From contig JAEOTP010000078.1 in the NCBI GenBank assembly GCA_016839765.1, positions 1 through 40,265 of the forward strand: a stretch of DNA of 40,265 nt, in the 5' to 3' direction. The translations under genes and the position numbers were made by a program. Shown here one piece after another: positions 37,502 to 40,265 of this stretch (the stretch's first letter is position 1; every line of letters begins with the position of its first letter). The DNA comes from Promethearchaeota archaeon (GTDB taxonomy: Archaea; Asgardarchaeota; Lokiarchaeia; Sigyniarchaeales; SOKP01). The notes below the pieces were generated by a model. It was not told where the DNA came from. It made no database searches and was given only the letters and a program-made list of their open reading frames with translations.

Positions 37502-38041
37502 TCATGAGGTTAATTTGTCCTCATATTGATTTTCAATCTTTATTTCTTTTTTAGAATTTTTCAAAAGATATACTGTGATTTTATTAAAACTAAATAATTT
37601 ATTAATGATAATTACAAAAATCAAAATAATTAATCCTGAAATCTCGGTAATGTAAGTAAATGGGTCATGTAATAGTTTATATAACCAAAACCCAAATGGA
37701 TCTTCTATATATGTAAAATCATAAGGAATAAATGGAAATAATAGAGGTACATCAGGTAGATCTAACAATAAATGGAGAAGAGTTCCAATGAAATAAGAAA
37801 TCGAGATTGCTTTACTCCTCTTAGTAATTAAAAAAACAAATAATGAACTCACTACAGAAAATAGGAGTGTATGAGAATAACCTCGTCCAGAACTAATACT
37901 TAAAAACATAAGAGCTTTATCAATTAAATCAGGTATTAGTGACCCGGTTATTAAAGCAAAGCGATTAAATTGAAACTTTTTTTTAATTTGGGGCAATTCA
38001 AAAATCAATAATGGTATTGCAATGTGAAATATTGGAAATAT
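37502..38041 (-). CDS. Membrane metal-dependent hydrolase (YdjM-like)
   Basis: GSLIPDLID, RGYSHTL, HLLLD. The first His (FHIAIP) lies upstream of the listed TTG at 38008, so the start was extended to ATA 38041. Confidence 0.8.
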   Translation of the reverse strand: MFPIFHIAIPLLIFELPQIKKKFQFNRFALITGSLIPDLIDKALMFLSISSGRGYSHTLLFSVVSSLFVFLITKRSKAISISYFIGTLLHLLLDLPDVPLLFPFIPYDFTYIEDPFGFWLYKLLHDPFTYITEISGLIILIFVIIINKLFSFNKITVYLLKNSKKEIKIENQYEDKLTS

Positions 38042-38227
38042 TATAATCCCCTCAGCATTAAAAACCGTAAAGGAATCTGAAAAACATTATTATCTCCGGT
38101 AAATAAAACAAAATTATGCAAATGATAACGAATTCTATAGCAATTTTTATAGCTCTTTTGACCAAATGATTGTATGAAATAATCTTCTCTTCTTTCATTT
38201 CAAGCACATTTTTCTATTAAATCTCTA

Positions 38228-39025
38228 CTAAAACTTGTATTCCTTTAAAACTTCTTCCACTGTGTAATTATGATGTATGACTTTTGCTATGGCATTAACT
38301 AATTTTGTAGGTTCATCAGCTTGAAAGATATTCCTTCCGAAGGCTACTCCAGCTCCCCCAGCTTGAATCGAGTCGTAAACAACCTGTAGTAAATCAACAA
38401 TTGTATCCATTTTTGGACCGCCAGCAATAATTACTGGAACATGAACGCTTTTTACAATGTATTTAAAGGAATCAATATCTCCAGTATAATTTGTTTTTAC
38501 TATATCTGCTCCTAATTCCGCTCCAGCTCTAACTGCAATATTCACAACCTCTGGTTCATTCTCATCTTTTATTTTCTCACCTCTGGGGTACATCATAGCG
38601 ATGAGAGGTATACCCCATTCTCTTGAGGCTTCAACCACTTTCTGGGCATCTTGAAGCATTTCAGGCTCTTCATTAGCACCGATATTTATATGAATAGAAA
38701 CAGCATCAGCGCCCAATTTTATTGCTCTCTCTACAGAACAAACTAATATTTTTCGATTTGGATCGGGTGCTAGATTAGTAGCTCCAGATAAGTGAACAAT
38801 TAGACCGATATCTTTACCATAACGTCTATGACCGGCTCCAATCATACCAGAATGCATTAAAACCGCATTTGCTCCACCTAAAGCAACTTTATTTACCATA
38901 TCTGCTAAATTTTCTAGGCCCTTAATTGTGCCTAAAGTTAATCCATGATCCATTGGAATTATAATCGTTCTATTCGTTTTTCTGTTAATAATACGTTCAA
39001 TTCTAATATTTTTTCCAATATTCAC
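38228..39025 (-). CDS. aroA': 2-amino-3,7-dideoxy-D-threo-hept-6-ulosonate synthase (class I aldolase, DhnA family)
   Basis: GK-x-[19 protein letters not shown]-x-T-x-LAPDPN-x-K, [17 protein letters not shown]-x-YTG, IAGGPK, GRNIFQ. Confidence 0.82.
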   Translation of the reverse strand: MNIGKNIRIERIINRKTNRTIIIPMDHGLTLGTIKGLENLADMVNKVALGGANAVLMHSGMIGAGHRRYGKDIGLIVHLSGATNLAPDPNRKILVCSVERAIKLGADAVSIHINIGANEEPEMLQDAQKVVEASREWGIPLIAMMYPRGEKIKDENEPEVVNIAVRAGAELGADIVKTNYTGDIDSFKYIVKSVHVPVIIAGGPKMDTIVDLLQVVYDSIQAGGAGVAFGRNIFQADEPTKLVNAIAKVIHHNYTVEEVLKEYKF

Positions 39026-39161
39026 TTTACTATTTATATCCTCTTTTATTTTCAGATTTATTCGTAATAAATGAGAGTAAAGATTTAAAATTATAGTTCT
39101 TTTTGAGATAAAGTTTTACTAATATATAAGAGAATTAAATTTTGATTATTTCTATTTTATT

Positions 39162-40265
39162 TTACTCAGGCTGTTTTGAGCCAGTAGTTAATAACATGTT
39201 TACAGTACTTAAAAATGAAAGTGTGTTTATTATTCGTATCGAAGAGGCAGAAAAAGTTTTTGAGTCATAATTTATCACACTATAAAAGTATGATATTTTA
39301 GAATTTTTAAAAGCTTCAGCAATCTCGGGAAAAGATTTGTATTTTAATTTTATTGCATAATCTTCGGGAGATTCATGTGCAGGTGACCCAGGAAAAATGT
39401 GATATAATTCATTCATTATTGTAATCGGTTTGGATTTAGTTGTTCCATATTTTAAAGCACATTTCATCATAAAAAGAAAATCTTTCAAAACATCAAGGCG
39501 GGTTTGGAATGGAAAACCGAGCGTTAACCATATTCTCAATGTCCTTCTGAAAAGATTCGCATTCCTTATTAAATCGTTAATTTGAGCTCTTGAAAATTTA
39601 AATGTAGGATCACCTTTTTTAGCTATCTTATAATGAACGTTTTCCGACATAGTTCGAGGAGAGACACTAATTGATGAATCTTTCCTAGGAAAAGTATCAT
39701 GAAAAATTTTCCACATCTTCTTAGGAAACGGTAAACGCCATATTTCTAAGTCTGCACCTATATCAAGTTTTTCTTTTTTAATTAACCCAAATAAATTTTG
39801 CCAATATTTTAAATTAGCAGGATAACTGCCATGTCCAAAAAAAACACTTGGAATGTTAAAATTGTCTTTTATTTTTTTAATATCTTCTATTACTTTTTCT
39901 GGGCTTCTTAGAATCACTTCATTACGTCCTGCAAACTTTTGTTGAGCTCTCTGACCTCCTCCGCAAAATGGGCAATTAAATGGACAACCTCTTCCAATAG
40001 AAAGATTAAAAGAGATGCCCATAAGTTTTCTACTACTTTCAAAATAAGATTTTGCATTTTTTAGGAGTGATACATTTGTAAAATTTAAGTCATTTAAAGT
40101 CTTTGCTGTATAAGATAGAGAATTGACTTTTATTTGTTTAGAAGAATCACGATAAGTCAAATTCGGAACGGAATCTAAAGATTGATTTTTAACAATACTT
40201 TGAACATATTTTAAAAGGGGGATTTCACCTTCTCCTCTAATTACACCATCAATTTCATTATAATA
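39162..40265 (-). CDS. Cobalamin-binding radical SAM protein, 5' end outside the window
   Basis: The frame stays open past the listed TTG (40160) to the edge, giving IDGVIRGEGE...SVPNLTYR. It continues with GRGCPFNCPFCGG, RSPEKVIEDI and FPGSP. Confidence 0.85.
   Translation of the reverse strand, partial: YYNEIDGVIRGEGEIPLLKYVQSIVKNQSLDSVPNLTYRDSSKQIKVNSLSYTAKTLNDLNFTNVSLLKNAKSYFESSRKLMGISFNLSIGRGCPFNCPFCGGGQRAQQKFAGRNEVILRSPEKVIEDIKKIKDNFNIPSVFFGHGSYPANLKYWQNLFGLIKKEKLDIGADLEIWRLPFPKKMWKIFHDTFPRKDSSISVSPRTMSENVHYKIAKKGDPTFKFSRAQINDLIRNANLFRRTLRIWLTLGFPFQTRLDVLKDFLFMMKCALKYGTTKSKPITIMNELYHIFPGSPAHESPEDYAIKLKYKSFPEIAEAFKNSKISYFYSVINYDSKTFSASSIRIINTLSFLSTVNMLLTTGSKQPE

Noticed and set aside
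37502-38041. YdjM-like gene as part of the DNA repair locus
   Set aside because: LexA regulation of E. coli ydjM does not transfer to archaea; adjacency alone is insufficient.
1-40265. Mobile elements, diversity-generating retroelement, tRNA or rRNA
   Set aside because: No transposase, integrase, reverse transcriptase, adenine-variable repeat pair or GC-rich structured RNA was recognised.

Overview
AT-rich chromosomal segment that looks like an Asgard archaeon (Lokiarchaeia/Promethearchaeota-like). This is inferred from longin domains, Rab- and Arf-like small GTPases, an IPGY-TM-basic C-terminal sorting signal, stand-alone 7TM proteins, archaeal AroA' and Xpf, many TTG/GTG starts and oligo-T terminators. 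No rRNA, tRNA, CRISPR array or mobile element was recognised. The strongest candidate for an undescribed system is a minus-strand lipid cluster at 1-4451. It contains a HAD phosphatase, a tandem two-domain PlsC-type acyltransferase, two PlsA/PlsR/Ger-type (DUF2229, hydroxyacyl-CoA dehydratase-like) subunits, one of them internally deleted, and a DHCR24/BfaA-like FAD oxidoreductase fragment. Two of these genes carry the same 68-bp palindromic upstream element. The cluster could make bacterial-type fatty-acyl ester lipids and reduce them to ether or plasmalogen lipids in an archaeon. Other highlights are a radical SAM-HhH / DUF4130 / Xpf repair trio whose members all end in PCNA PIP-like motifs, a tryptophanase next to three 7TM proteins (one with a TM7 lysine), and a receptor-like membrane protein with a cytoplasmic longin domain plus a longin-GTPase fusion. 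All family calls come from reading motifs by eye; no database search was run.
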